Below are positions 51,491 to 64,000 of a DNA stretch of 64,000 bases, in pieces (position 1 is the first letter of the stretch; each line of letters begins with the position of its first letter). The stretch covers positions 18,431,365-18,495,364 of the forward strand of contig NC_092678.1 in the NCBI RefSeq assembly GCF_964355755.1, in the 5' to 3' direction. Under the pieces are notes generated by a model. That model had not been told where the DNA came from and ran no database searches. It saw nothing but the letters and a program-made list of their open reading frames with translations. The position numbers were made by a program, and so were the translations under genes. Origin of the DNA: Antedon mediterranea. Taxonomy: Eukaryota > Animalia > Echinodermata.

Positions 51491-53210
51491 CGTCTAGTTA
51501 TTATAGGGTTGGACTTGGAGGTTAGAACATATCTTTCCCCTTGATTATTCATGGAAATATGTTCCCTAAATAGAGGTATATCCCCTGAATGGTATGTTCT
51601 AAAAGTATTTATCCCAGTACAGTAACTCTGTAAATGCTGATTTAAAGTTTGCACCACTTGTTTGCAAATTAGGACTGTACACTATATTTTTATAGTAAAA
51701 ATGAAATAAAAATTAATATCTTCTAATAAACTTTTGTGAAGGAAGGTCAAAATAAATCATTTTCCTGTCTCCTAATAAGATCATTATAAAACTTTAATAA
51801 CTTGAGTCATGTGTTTTAAGACCTAAACAAATCAAAACACCAACATGATATCATATACCATATCCTCTGGTATAATCCCACTTCCCAAAATGATTGGTAA
51901 GCATTTCTTGTAAAACCTTATTTGAACTGGCTAGAGAGAGGCTTGCATCCAGACCAAAAGTCAATACTGGGACTATACCTGAGATATGCCTACGGTATTT
52001 CTAAAAACAGACATAAAGTAATAGATTATTGGTAATATTTCCAACACCCCTTTAAAAAGGTGTTGTATTCACCAATCACAACACAAATAAAATCCCTTCC
52101 CTTAAAATATTCCACAATAATTAAATAAACATTTAAAAGGTTTTCATAATTTTTACGGATATTCGCCTGCTTAGTGAAATATAACATTTGACTTATATTT
52201 TACCTTATCCCAATCAAATATCAATATCAAATGTTGTGTTTCAATGATATAAAAGTTATTAGTCAAATATTACCCTGGCTGGATTGGCCAAGCCTGCCTA
52301 GTTAGGATTTTATATAGATAATGACTTAAAACGGAAACTATACACAAAAATGATGAATATTAAAGTCCTAGGATTCATAATGTTTACAATATTTTAAACA
52401 GTAGTCATGTGATGCAATTTTGATAAACAAATTGTTTATTTTATTCAGTAGGAGGAGCTAATTACTTAATTAGCCCTCATTAGCATTTCATGTCACCAAC
52501 TTCTGTGCTTGTACATGTAAGATTATTATTTGGGTTTTACTTGATCTTGGAAATGGTTCTATGATGGTTGGTACTGAAATGTTGATGCTGATATGTCTGT
52601 ATTTGTCTGTTTTATATGCATTTTGTATAGAAATTATAATATAATAATACACTTTATTTAATTGTGGTTACACTTGTTCACCTCCTTTACAACAAAACAG
52701 TACTAATATAATAATAATTAAAAAAAAAATAATAATACAAATATAATGACACAAAAAGTGGAAAATAAAATACCTTTCACACATTTTACAATACATTCTA
52801 TAGATAGTTTTTATTTAAACGAAATAACTTAAGTGTAAAAAAAAATCATCAACAATTATCTCGAAAAAGTACAAAGCTCCCAAGATTAAACAACATTAAA
52901 AAAATATTCCTAAATATATATATATGAAGGCCTCAGTGGAAAAACCAGATAAGTCACATTTTGTGAAAATTGAGTTAACAACCTGGCAATTATCTTCATT
53001 GGGTTTACTCAATAACTAAATAACTAATCCTGTGAAAAAAACAGCTAAATCCACCGTAATGCATGGGCAAACATATACCACATCATGGAAGAATCAGATA
53101 AGTCCAAGTGTTCAAATGGAAAAAGTAGACTAGTCCAAAATGACAGTATCACATGGCCATTATCAGCCAATCAGAACTCGCCATCATAAAATCTAGACAT
53201 TTAAAAAAAA

Positions 53211-53661
53211 ATGGCCGACCATGATCGCGACAGACAACCTGAACTCACAGATAAGCCTAGAAAGAGAAAAATACACGGTTCTAAGAAGGAAAAAATGAAA
53301 TTTCAGAGATTATCTGGACACTCAATTGGAGAAGATTGTAGATGTACACGATATCAGTGTTTTAATTCTGTGAATCAGGCAGAGAGGCAGCAGCTAGTCG
53401 ACAAGTTTAATGAGTGTCCGAACAAGAACGCTCAAGATGCATACCTCTCAACATTGGTGAAGCTTCGGTCAGTCGCTCGACGTCGCCCGCGAGCAGAAGA
53501 AAACGCAAGTCTCCGTGCACACTCAGTCCAATACACTGTGAAAGTACAAAGGCCGGGCCAACAAGTAAAAGAGGTTCAAGTTTGCCAAAAAGCTTTCTGT
53601 AGCATATTTGGCATAACCAAGAACAGAGTAGAGACAATAAGGAAAGCCTTATCCACTATAG
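53211..53661 (+). CDS. Sola1 transposase exon 1 (basic NLS-like stretch, Cys-rich N-terminal domain)
   Basis: AAAATGGCCG start with a CCAAT box upstream. KPRKRK, CRCTRYQC and VCQKAFCSIFGIT motifs. Ends ATA G|gtaatt (phase 1). Confidence 0.85.
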
Positions 53662-54334
53662 GTAATTAAATTATCCTAGCTAGGCCTAGGCCTAGCCAGA
53701 GCCAGTAGTCGGGCTAGGCTAGGCCTACGTTTGATTAATTTATTCTTAAAATGTTTTGTTATTGAAATGTTAGGCCGATTTATCTAGGCCATGGCAGGCC
53801 TCCTTGATCAGTGATATAGGCATATAGTGGACACAGGCCCAGGGCCTACTATAATAATAGGCCTAGACTAGGCCTGTACTTCTCTACTTTTAGGGCCTAT
53901 CTTAAAAGCCCTACATAGGCTACACGTTAACATACATTGAATGTGCCACTGTGGTAGTTTCCTAGGGTATGCCCTAACATACTGTACAGCTTGGCATATG
54001 CCTAAGCTATAGACTAGAGTAGGCCCCCTATTCGGGTAGGGCAGTTATTCTAACAGGGCGGTTATTCAAGCGTACGTCTGATATTCCATCCCTCTCTGGC
54101 CTACTTAACTAGGCCTAGATGGCCTACCCTCTATAGCCACTACTGCCTATAGATTACACAAATGCACTGGTTTGTGGAGTGGGAAAGTATTCAAAGAGGG
54201 GCGTTTGTTTATCGTTAACCATTTTATGTGTAGATTTAATAATACTAGCTAAATCATGATGTACTGGAAATTATTATTAAATTATTGTCTATTCGCCATA
54301 CCATGTGCTAAAATTTTCTTTTTTAATCTTCTAG

Positions 54335-55692
54335 GTCATCCACCAAAAGATGGCAGAGGTCAGCACAAAAATAGACCACACAAGCTAAAAGATGAAACTA
54401 AAAAGGCCATACAAGACCACATCTCTTCATTCAGGGGAAGATCTTCCCATTACGCTATGGCGCAGACAAGGAGGCTATATTTGCCCGAGGATCTCAATGT
54501 ATCAAAGATGTTTGATATGTTCAATAAACTGCACCCTGATGCCACTGTGAAGTATGAAACCTATCGGAAATTATTCAACTCCGATTTCAATATTGGTTTT
54601 GGCTATCCGAGGAAGGATACATGTCCAACATGTGATGAATTCAGAGTAAACCTTGAACATAATAGTCAACAAATACTCCATGCCGATGGTGACAATTTGC
54701 TTCACCTAACACAGCAGAGGGAAGAGCTGATGATACAAAAAGAAATCCATGTGAGGAAGGCCAATACATTTTATAGTCGGAAAGCAGATGCAAAAACGAG
54801 GGCTAAGGCTAATCCTGAATTCGAAGCCATTGCTTTTGATTATCAGAAGAACCTACCATTGCCAAACAAAACCGCTAACGATGTTTATTATAAGCGCCAG
54901 CTCACATTCTTCACGTTTTGTATTCATGTGCTATCTACAGACGAAGTTTATTTTTATACATATGACGAGACAATTGCAAAAAAAGGAGCAGATGATGTTT
55001 GTTCGATGCTGAATAACTTTGTACAAAATTATCTTCCAGACACTGTGACTGAAATTTCTTTTTTCTGCGATGTTTGTCCAGGCCAAAACAAGAATTTCAC
55101 CGTGTTTAGGTTTTTTAATTATCTTGTACATGATTTGAAACGATTACATGCCGTAAAGTGTTTATTCCCAATTAGGGGGCATTCATACATGGAATGCGAT
55201 AGGGATATGGGAAACATTAACTCGAAGGCTGATGTGGAACTACCACAGGAATGGAGAGATGTGTTTCTTTCCGCGAGGAAAAAACCATCGCCATTCAATG
55301 TAATAGCAATGGGCCAGGATTCATTCTTTGCTTTCACAACCTTTCTTAAGGGAAACTTTAGGGGAGCATGCCCTGTCCCAACACGGCCAATAAGGGAGCT
55401 TAAATTTGAAAACGCCAATCCACAGGTCATTAAGTTCCGCAACAATTGGAACGGGCCATTTGAATCGGCAGTGTTTCGCAAACCTATACCTAGGGCAAGG
55501 GGACGACGAGCAGAACCAGTTTTGGCCCGCTCATACACCGAGCTACTTCCAATAAAAAAGGCCAAGTATGATGATCTGCAAGTCTTGAAGAAGCTATGTA
55601 AGCCAAGTAATCATGCTTTCTTTGACAACCTCCCCGCTGTTGGGATTCAGGCCAGTTCAAGTTCTGATTCAGAACTTTCTGATGAAGATTAG
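54335..55692 (+). CDS. Sola1 transposase exon 2 (catalytic DDD domain)
   Basis: cttctag|GT CAT restores G|GT in frame. Motifs DTCPTCD, AFDYQKNLPLP, YYKRQL, FCDVCPGQNKN and GHSYMECDRD. Spliced CDS is 1809 nt = 602 aa. AATAAA at ~55885. Confidence 0.92.
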
Positions 55693-56854
55693 GTGGGCAA
55701 TCACACCCCCATATTTTTATCAAGTAAACTGTCCTGCCCTGAATGGTTTGCTAAGTAAACAATGATATGATACGTTGTTCAGTTTTGCTTTAATTTTAAA
55801 ACCCCGACAAAAGCACAAGAAATTGATGCTCACATATTCTGAAATGAATAGCAACTTAATTTTGCTTTGTTACTCTTGTGTTTTAATAAATAGCCTGTTG
55901 TAAAATTATTGTCTTCAATTGTCACATGTTTAACGTACTGAATTTTCACTTTTGATTTTACTCCATCAGTATTACCATACGGGTTCTTCTGTAGGAATAT
56001 TCCCCCACCCTACAGGTACCTCCAATGTGTTGTATGTACAACAACAACCACACTGGAGACTTGGTGGATTTGAACAGCAATGACATTGTTTAAAACATCA
56101 GCACACTGGATTTGACCTACAGCGGGTAATGGGATGGAGATGATATGGCAAAAAGAAATTACCCAATGAACATTGGCGTTCTTCTCAGGGGTGGAGCGGG
56201 AGGGGGGTGAAGATTTTTTTTGGGGGGGGGGGAGAGAAGAATATTCCCCCACCCTTACTGGTACCTCCAATGTGTTGTATGTACAAGAATAAGCACACTG
56301 GAGAGGGTGAATTTGATCTATGAAGATTGTTTTCATGTAAAGTGGAAAAAGCAGATAAGTCCAAAATTGAAAGGGGTTAACCAAATTGGGCAGACCCCCA
56401 TCATATATGATACAAATTCAAATTTAAGTTAAGAATCTTGTAAGAAAATGTGTAAAGAGATAATATGACAACCATCAACAATTTACTTTTATATATTGTA
56501 TGACATATTGGGTTTCTAATTTTAAAATTCAATTTTCTGTACTTTCATAAAATGTGACTTATCTGTTTTTTCCACTGAGGCCTTCATATGTATTATTCAA
56601 TAACTAAAACTGTTTATATGTTGACATACGTTTATTAGCCTCAGCAGCAATGCCTAATGGGGATAATTTTGAATCATTCTGTCCCCTTTTTTCCTCTTAA
56701 GAACATTGCAATGTTTATGATAATCTTTGGCCATGCACATTAATCACAGCTCACATTATGTTCAACAGTATCTTCTCATCTACTTAAATTTGACGTGCCT
56801 TGTTACGACATTACCAACTGTTGTCAATTGTATTCCGTAAATGTAGTACTCAAT

Positions 56855-57600
56855 GTTTTCAAGCACTCAGGCTTTTCTTCTCAAGCAGAGGCCTAGCAGG
56901 GTGGCTAAAGGATGATGTTTGTGCTACAGATCTACTTATAGTTTTCTTAAATTTAACAAAAACCAAGAGATCATATTTTAGTACTGAAAGTTTTCGAGCA
57001 CTCTGGCTTCTCTTCTAAACCAAGGGCCTAGCAGGGTGGCTAAAGGATGATGTTTGTGCTACAGATCTACTTATAGTTTCCTTAAATTTAACAAAAACCA
57101 AGAGATCATATTTTAGTACTGAAAGTTTTCGAGCACTCTGGCTTCTCTGCTAAACCAAGGGCCTAGCAGGGTGGATAAAGAATGATGTTTCTGCTACAGA
57201 TACTTATAGTTTTCTTAAATTTAACAAAAACCAAGAGATCATATTTTAGTACTGAAAGTTTTTGAGCACTCTAGCTTCTCTTCTAAACCAAGGGCCTAGC
57301 AGGGTGGATAAAGAATGATGTTTCTGCTATGGATATCTACATATACTTCTCTTAAATTTAACAAAAATCAAGCGATTATATTTTAGCACACTCTGGCTTT
57401 TCTTCTCAACCAGGGGCCTTGAGTAGCTAACGGATGATCTGATGATTCTTGGGATCTACTACCTATAGTTTTCTTTATCTAGAATTAACAGAAGCCATAT
57501 AATATTATCTTCTATTCCCATTACAGTGTAGTATAGTTCTCAATGCTATCAAAGCTTTTCTTCTCAACCAGGTGCCTAGAAGGTTGACTATTAAACAGAT
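56855..57600. repeat. ~135-bp tandem repeat (4 good plus 1-2 decayed copies)
   Basis: gcctagcagggtgg at 56891, 57026, 57161 and 57294. Confidence 0.93.
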
Positions 57601-57864
57601 AATCTGATATTTCAGATATGAACCTACAGTATAGTTTTTGTAGTATAGCAAAAACAAAGAATCATATTTTTCTTTCCACTTTCTAATCTTTGAATTTTAA
57701 TCTTTAAATTTAATTAAAACAAAAATTTAGACAATGTCCATATTTAATATTTATTTATTTATTCCTTTCAGTGAAACATAAAAAGGGAGCACTGGCATGT
57801 CTGAATATTTTAAACAATTACATCAGTCTTTACATCACAGTATTTCTTTCATTCATTCATAATA

Positions 57865-58130
57865 ACATTTATTTATTATTTTTCAAAGTAAACAAAATAA
57901 CAATTTAAATGTAAATAATAAATCAACAAATCTGAAATGAGGACCAACCTAGAAGAAACAGTTGGCCCTTTAAAATGGTTATAAAAAATAATAAGAACAA
58001 TTGAGGTATGAGCATCAGTAATAATATATAATGAAACAATGAAATGTTATTTATTTATTAAAGATATTTCTTTAATTCTTTCTTAAATTGAACAAAATGT
58101 TTGATTTCTTTTATATTTAAAATAGGAAGC
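57865..58130 (-). mobile_element. CR1/L2-like LINE 3' fragment
   Basis: Minus strand reads LPILNIKEIKHFVQFKKELKKYL, then a T-rich UTR and an AATAAAT tail. Confidence 0.55.
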
Positions 58131-58889
58131 TTAATCATTAAAGGTAAAACATTTAAAATTGTTTCGATTGGTAAACACTCAATAATCATTACACAAGTAA
58201 TACATAATAAAGGATCTATTCATTGACAAAAACATTGCTTTATAATTATACTTTTCCCGTTCTTTCACTGAAGAAGATTTAGCTGGTAATAAACATATCA
58301 TAGATTCTCTCCCACTGTGATGTGATCTTTTTCTTTTGAATTACACACAATTTCATCATCATTGCATTTTTATTGCCTAAAACATTTTCCTGAATATTCA
58401 ACTCAATCTCTGTGAATTTTCAAAGAAATATAATGAAAAAAAAAAGTAGAACCGATGTTAAGGGAACATATATACCGTAAATATATCTAACATTTGTGTG
58501 TAATAGTGTGTGTCCTTCAAATAGAAGTTGGCTGTAGTGTTATAACATATATTGCCTGTTCCCTAAATAGAGGTGTAATAATTTCAACTCAGACTTACTC
58601 AGCAATATATAGTTGTGTAATTGTTATATGCAATATTGCAGAGAAAGGTTTATTTTCTCTAGTCATAAACAAAAAAACAGCATTTAATAGACATATTCAT
58701 TATTTTATAGTGGTTCTATATTGATCATAACTATTTCATTTTTGTATCTGTAAATATATTCACACTTAAAGCAGCAACAAATTAAGGGATTGTTTGTCTA
58801 CTGCGGTAACCCCACTTTGTTTCTATTTTTTAATTATTTAGCAATGCTCTTTTATTCTTTTCTATACTGCCTCATTTGTTTAATTCCTC

Positions 58890-59390
58890 TGAGGAGAAAG
58901 ACTGCTGAATTTTCTTTTGTTGCTGCATAATTCTCAACCAGAAAGACCTGTTTGAAAGTTACTAGATGACCGACTCTGGAAAAGACTCTTGGGTTTTCTT
59001 TTGTTGCTGCATAATTCTCAACCAGAAAGACCTGTTTGAAAGTTACTTGATGATAGACTCTGGAAAAGACTGTTGGATTTTCTTTTGTTGCTGCATAATT
59101 CTCAACCAGAAAGACCTGTTTGAAAGTTACTTGATGACAGACTCTGGAAAAGACTGTTGGATTTTATTTTGTTGCTGCATTATTCTCAACCAAAAAGACC
59201 TGTTTAAAAGTTACTTGATGACCGACTCTGGAAAAGACTGTTGGATTTTCTTTTGTTGCTGCATTATTCTCAACCAGAAAGACCGGTTTGAAAGTTACTT
59301 GTAAACACCTGTTTGAAAGTTACTTGATGATAAACTCTGGAAATGTCTTTTGGATTTTGTTTTGTTCCTGCATAATTTTCAACCAGATGA
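58890..59390. repeat. 84-bp tandem repeat (~5.5 copies)
   Basis: tgctgcataattctcaaccagaaagacctgtttgaaagttac at 84-bp spacing. Confidence 0.95.
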
Positions 59391-59606
59391 ACCCATTCGG
59401 AAAAAGACTACTGGATTTCCTTCTGTGAACTTCTTAATTTGTAACCAGAAAGTTGGTTTACAGTTTTTTTGATGACACTGAAAAAAAGAAGTGGAATGCG
59501 TTTTTTTTATTTTCTAAACAAGGAGATTTAACCCGTATAAAATGTTTATTTCAGAATATTTGCATTCATATTTATTGTTTCCCTTATTTCTGCAGGAGTA
59601 TATTAA

Positions 59607-59876
59607 GGGCCTGTTCAGACCTGCAGAGTTATGCTTTCGTATCGTACACAGCATACAACTCTTACGAAAGCTCAAGGTACAAAAACGACGCTTATGATAT
59701 GACAGTCATGCATTAATGAATTTGACCTCAAACTAATCATATTTACTCTTGCATACCAGATGTTTGCCCAAATCTGTCACATTTCAGTTTTTAACGAAAA
59801 CGTTAGTTAAGTGAGTTTGAACACATTGCTGTTATGATGCTAATTATAATATGATTCCATGGATCTGAACATACCC
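59607..59876. mobile_element. Degenerate Harbinger-like MITE
   Basis: TAA-GGGCCTGTTCAGAC ... ATCTGAACATACCC imperfect inverted ends. Confidence 0.5.
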
Positions 59877-61029
59877 CTCCCTAGTTTTCAAATAATTCTC
59901 ATGTGTGCAGCCTACTACTACAAGAACCATTCAATGGTAAAACACTTCAATTTCTTGACAAATTGCTTTAACTCAACTTATCAATAGATATCAACCTTAA
60001 TTTGAATGTCAATTTTGTTTACATTGTACACCTTTTACAAGATTTAGGTAGGAGTTTTGATGGCCACATTGTTGATACCTGGCTAAATATTTGGATAGAT
60101 GACTTATTTTATCTAAGGACTATGTATATGATTGACATTTGCAAAAGTTGATAGTAGGCTATGAAACTCCAGTGTATTTAGATTTATAAATAACTGAAAT
60201 AATGGACACAATGGAATGAAAAAATACAGTTATGAAAAAGTATAACATGCTTGAGTATAATCCCATCCCTTTATTTAGACTCAATTCTAACATGTAAATC
60301 TATTTTTATAATCCAAGTATAATCCCATTACCCATTTATTTGGCTAAATTTTGATTCAAACCTGCAATGTTCTGCTTGACATGTAGACCATTGGGGGCTT
60401 TCATAGTATGGTTCAAATTTGATTGAATAGTGACCCAATGCACCGAGAATATTCCATCTTATGTTATCATTTGCATTCGTTAACAGGTGGTTGTCAAAGT
60501 TTAATTAACATGAATTTTGTGATATTAATATTGATTATATTATTAAGTTAAAGTATGTTGGGTTTATGTAAACATTTTCCAAATGGTGTATGCCCCAGGG
60601 TGAAGATGTTTACAGCAGTAGGCCAGGCTAAGTCATCAATTCTCTTTACTCAATTGTTTTTAATATGTTTATGATACATATTAAAAAGTGAACTCTATGC
60701 TCCAGGACTATAGACTGTATTTAATAAGTTTGGTGAATTGGAAATAATAAACCAAAGTTTGTTTTGCTACTACTACAAGCTGTGTACATACAGTGAGTAT
60801 TTAGCCTTTTGTACTACAGGCTGACGTCAGGTGACATTATGTGCCTGTTGGGCATTAGCCTGTTTCTGCTTAGAACGCACATCAAGCCTGTAGCCAAGTT
60901 TTTTAAAGGGAGGGTTCCTTTTTTAGGCCAACCTCTATAACAATTAACTAAATGTATTCTTTGGAGTTTTACCATTTAAGATTAGGTGCCAAATAGGTTA
61001 AAACAAATTAAAATATTACTATAAAAGTT

Positions 61030-61200
61030 TCAGTCAGTGATCTATTGGTCTGCTAATCAAGCATAAGGTTCCTGGTTCGAATCTCGATCAGGACAGCTTT
61101 TTCAAAGTCTCTCAGATTTCCATTACTCATCTTTAGAGCATTCAGTGTTTACCATTCCTGAGCTTTTACAGGATTATCTAAATATGCAAAGCTCATTATC
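61030..61200 (+). mobile_element. tRNA-derived SINE (degenerate)
   Basis: B-box GGTTCGAATC with a decayed A-box. No cloverleaf. Confidence 0.5.
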
Positions 61201-61578
61201 TTATATATTCCAACTGATATGTGACATTTTCTGAAACATATTTCGTTTTAATTTCTGTGTAGAAATATTTTTATCGAATAACTACATACGCCATTCAAAT
61301 CAAATTCTATTTCTATTTGTTTTAAAGAATTTGTTGATGAGAATGTTCAAAAGGATTAGATCTATAAGATTCTGATTGCAATGTTAATTTTTATCTAATC
61401 ATAATTATTTAATGATGCTTCTTTTACAAACAGTGTTTAGTTTGATGCTATATAGCAGAATAAAAAGAGTAAAAATATAACTTAAAAAAACCCACATCAA
61501 AATATTTATTTAAAAAAATGTTAATATAAAACAATAATGAAATCAATACATTTAAAGGAGTTATACAAAAAGCATGAT

Positions 61579-63671
61579 GGGTAGTAACAAAGTGCGAGGC
61601 AGCGAGGCACGCGAGGCAGGGAAGGCATGCGAGGCAAGTCAGAAATTTATGCGAGGCATCGTTTTACCATCATCAAAAAATGCGAGGCATCATTTTATCA
61701 TTTCTCAAAATTGCAAGGCAGGAAATCACCGAAATTGAAGTAGCCTAGGCCTAGGCCCGCTAGGCTAGTTTCCTTTTGTACCTGCCTTGTAATTTAACCA
61801 AGGCTTTATCCTGAATACCACAGCTTAGAATTAGTAGGCCTACTTTAATGAAGAAAAATCACATAAAAGTAACAATAAATCCATTAAATTGGTGATTTTA
61901 CAGACGTTGTTTTTCTCGCATTTCGCACACTCAATGTTCAATATTTTGGTTTCTATGGAACGCCAAAAGAGCAAAATTAATTAGAGGGCTAAAAACTCTG
62001 TGGAATCCATTTATATTTAACGCATTATTTGGTGAAAATCAAGTACAATTTCAATAGATTTTGTCACTGTCAGTAAGGAAAAATGTTACTGTTGATAATG
62101 TACACGGTTTCGTTAACCTTTCAAAGAATAAAATAGAAAAATTCATCATAATATCCTTAGTAGGATGTCCTAGGTCTAGACTAGGTAGTGATGTTGATTT
62201 AGGATCGATTATTATTCTTTGAAAACAGAACAGTATCAGCAGTAACATATTACAACATTTTTATTGACAAATTAACAAATATATTGAAATAAAACGTGTT
62301 TTTCACCAATAAATGCATGAGAAATTGACGCATTCCACTGAGTTTTAGTCCTCTATTATCGTTGCTCTTTTGGCGCTCCATAGAAACAAAAATATTGAAC
62401 ATTAAATAAGTGAAATTCGCGAACAGTGTGCGAGAAACACGCCTGTAAAATCATTAATTTAAGGATTTATTTGTTACTTTTTATGTGATTCTTTCATTAA
62501 AGTACTCTTTATATATATATACACACATATATATGTATACTTCTAAGGTGTGTGGTATTCACACGATAAAGTTAGTTATCAAATTTGGAGTAAAAATACA
62601 AGCGAAGGAAACTAGCGCCAGGTTTATTAGTACGTACATGGACAACAATAAATAAAAATCGTTCGTAATATACCTAGCTTACTAAAACAGGAATAGTGTA
62701 TCATTATTAAATATTACACCAATTATTATTTTATCAAAATTGATTAAATTATTTTCTACATAGGCCTTTATCTAGGTTAGGGCTAAGCATATTAGCTAAA
62801 GTTTAATTTTAGGCCTAGTATTACAATTGTCGGACGTAAGTCTTTTTTCACACGCGCTCCAGAATTCTGTCGCAATTTTTTTCTTTGCGGCATGTTATTT
62901 GATCGGCATATCAGTTACCTTTTATTCACCGCCAGTTATTGAACTTGTCCTGGCAAGATCGCTGTTCACCTTATTTGCGAGAGAGGTACACGTGTTGTTC
63001 CTAGAGAATGGAATGTCAAAAATGTCTTTGGCACGCCGCTCAGAGAGAATTCTGTGCGTTGCTGCTGAAACCACGTGCTATAGGAGGGGAATGCACCACA
63101 ATCCTCTGAGCTGAGGGCTGAATCATTCCGCTACCTGCTAAATAGTAAAGAGGGATTTTCCATCTCTCGGGTCTACCGGATCTAGGCGCAGGGGTGTGAC
63201 AAAATATTATTTTCACTCTGCTATGTTCGAGAGACATGTGAGTGAACACGCTCGAAATGCCAACAAACATTGCAGTCATTTGATGAGTGTGTCGCTATAA
63301 CAATTATTGTTTATCGAAAGTTGAAGACTGTCGTTCAGATTTTTGAACCGTAGTTTGGGCACTTTTGTAAAAGTAAAATTTGACACGATATGACTTGAAT
63401 GAAAAAACAATCGTTACATAAAAATAAACAACATGATGAGTGTATACACGAATCTATTTAGATACGCTTGTATCGATTGATTATTAGGCCTATAATATAG
63501 CATAATAGCACGTTAAGATATGCCTCGCACCTTTTTGAAATTGTAAACTATATGCATCGCATGCCTCGCACTTTTGGAAATGATAAAATGATGCCTCGCA
63601 CAAATATTTGGCATGCCGCGCATGCCTCGCTTGCCTCGCGTTCCTCGCTGCCTCGCACTTTGTCAACACTC
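61579..63671. mobile_element. Mutator/MULE-like non-autonomous element
   Basis: Exact 9-bp TSD AAGCATGAT (61570-61578 and 63672-63680). TIRs over 100 bp built from GCGAGGCA repeats. G...C termini. Confidence 0.9.
61765..62617. repeat. ~850-bp internal imperfect inverted repeat within the MULE-like element
   Basis: For example, actttaatgaag..atcacataaaagtaac pairs with gttactttttatgtgattctttcattaaagt, and ttctatggaacgccaaaagagcaa pairs with ttgctcttttggcgctccatagaa. Confidence 0.85.
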
Positions 63672-64000
63672 AAGCATGATGCTATATAAAAGAATATTGC
63701 AAAATTAAAACCTAAAAACCTACAACATCAAAATAATTAAAAAAATAAATAAATATAAAACAATAATGGAATTAATACATTTACAAGAGTTATACAAATT
63801 TATTTTATCAAAAATATATAGCAAATATTGTGTACAATTAATAATATACAAATAATGAATGTTTATAAGTTGGATGGTGAGAATATTTAATGAGTTGAAA
63901 GATTGACTGCTCCATTCAATGAATACACTCATTAATTGTTTTATAAAACACCTACTGTTATAAAATAAGCTTTTATTCAACATAAATCATTGACATAGGC

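Larger units (their letters stand above)
52926..56585 (+). mobile_element. Full-length Sola1-type DNA transposon
   Basis: 43-bp TIRs GAAGGCCTCAGTGGAAAAA(C/A)CAGATAAGTCACATTTT(G/A)TGAAA with 2 mismatches. 4-bp ATAT (AWWT) flanks on both sides. Encodes a DDD transposase. Confidence 0.9.

Noticed and set aside
54256-54334. N-terminal 26 aa of the 478-aa ORF as a real start
   Set aside because: It is the intron's polypyrimidine tract and acceptor. The phase fits splicing from 53661.
55119-55565. 148-aa antisense ORF in the transposon
   Set aside because: Shadow of the transposase reading frame with no independent features.
58966-59304. 112-aa Cys-rich repeat ORF
   Set aside because: By-product of an 84-bp (3n) tandem repeat. 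No splice or homology support.
59596-59677. Possible Kv4 exon after tttctgcag (EYIKGLFRPAEL...)
   Set aside because: Overlaps a MITE terminus, has no Kv4 similarity and a weak donor.
61030-61095. tRNA gene
   Set aside because: Only a B-box is present with no cloverleaf. Better explained as a SINE head.

Overview
AT-rich animal (invertebrate, probably echinoderm-like; inference) genomic DNA. Almost the whole window is intronic sequence of a + strand Shal/Kv4 (KCND-type) voltage-gated K+ channel gene. Only two clear coding exons fall inside it: pore-S6 at 29491-29653 and proximal C-terminus at 49892-49981. There is also a candidate 9-nt in-frame microexon (41384-41392) and a candidate short terminal exon (50814-50828). 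The introns are packed with transposons. The most complete is a 3.66-kb, apparently intact Sola1-type DNA transposon (43-bp TIRs, ATAT TSD, two-exon 602-aa transposase). Others are a 9-bp-TSD MULE-like element, Kolobok-, Harbinger-, Tc1/pogo- and hAT-like MITEs (several nested), tRNA-SINEs, LINE remnants, two Penelope-type hammerhead ribozyme motifs and many tandem arrays. A dispersed repeat whose core (CTTACCTGG) equals the U1 snRNA 5' arm lies just upstream of both channel exons. All coordinates were read by eye and no database searches were run.
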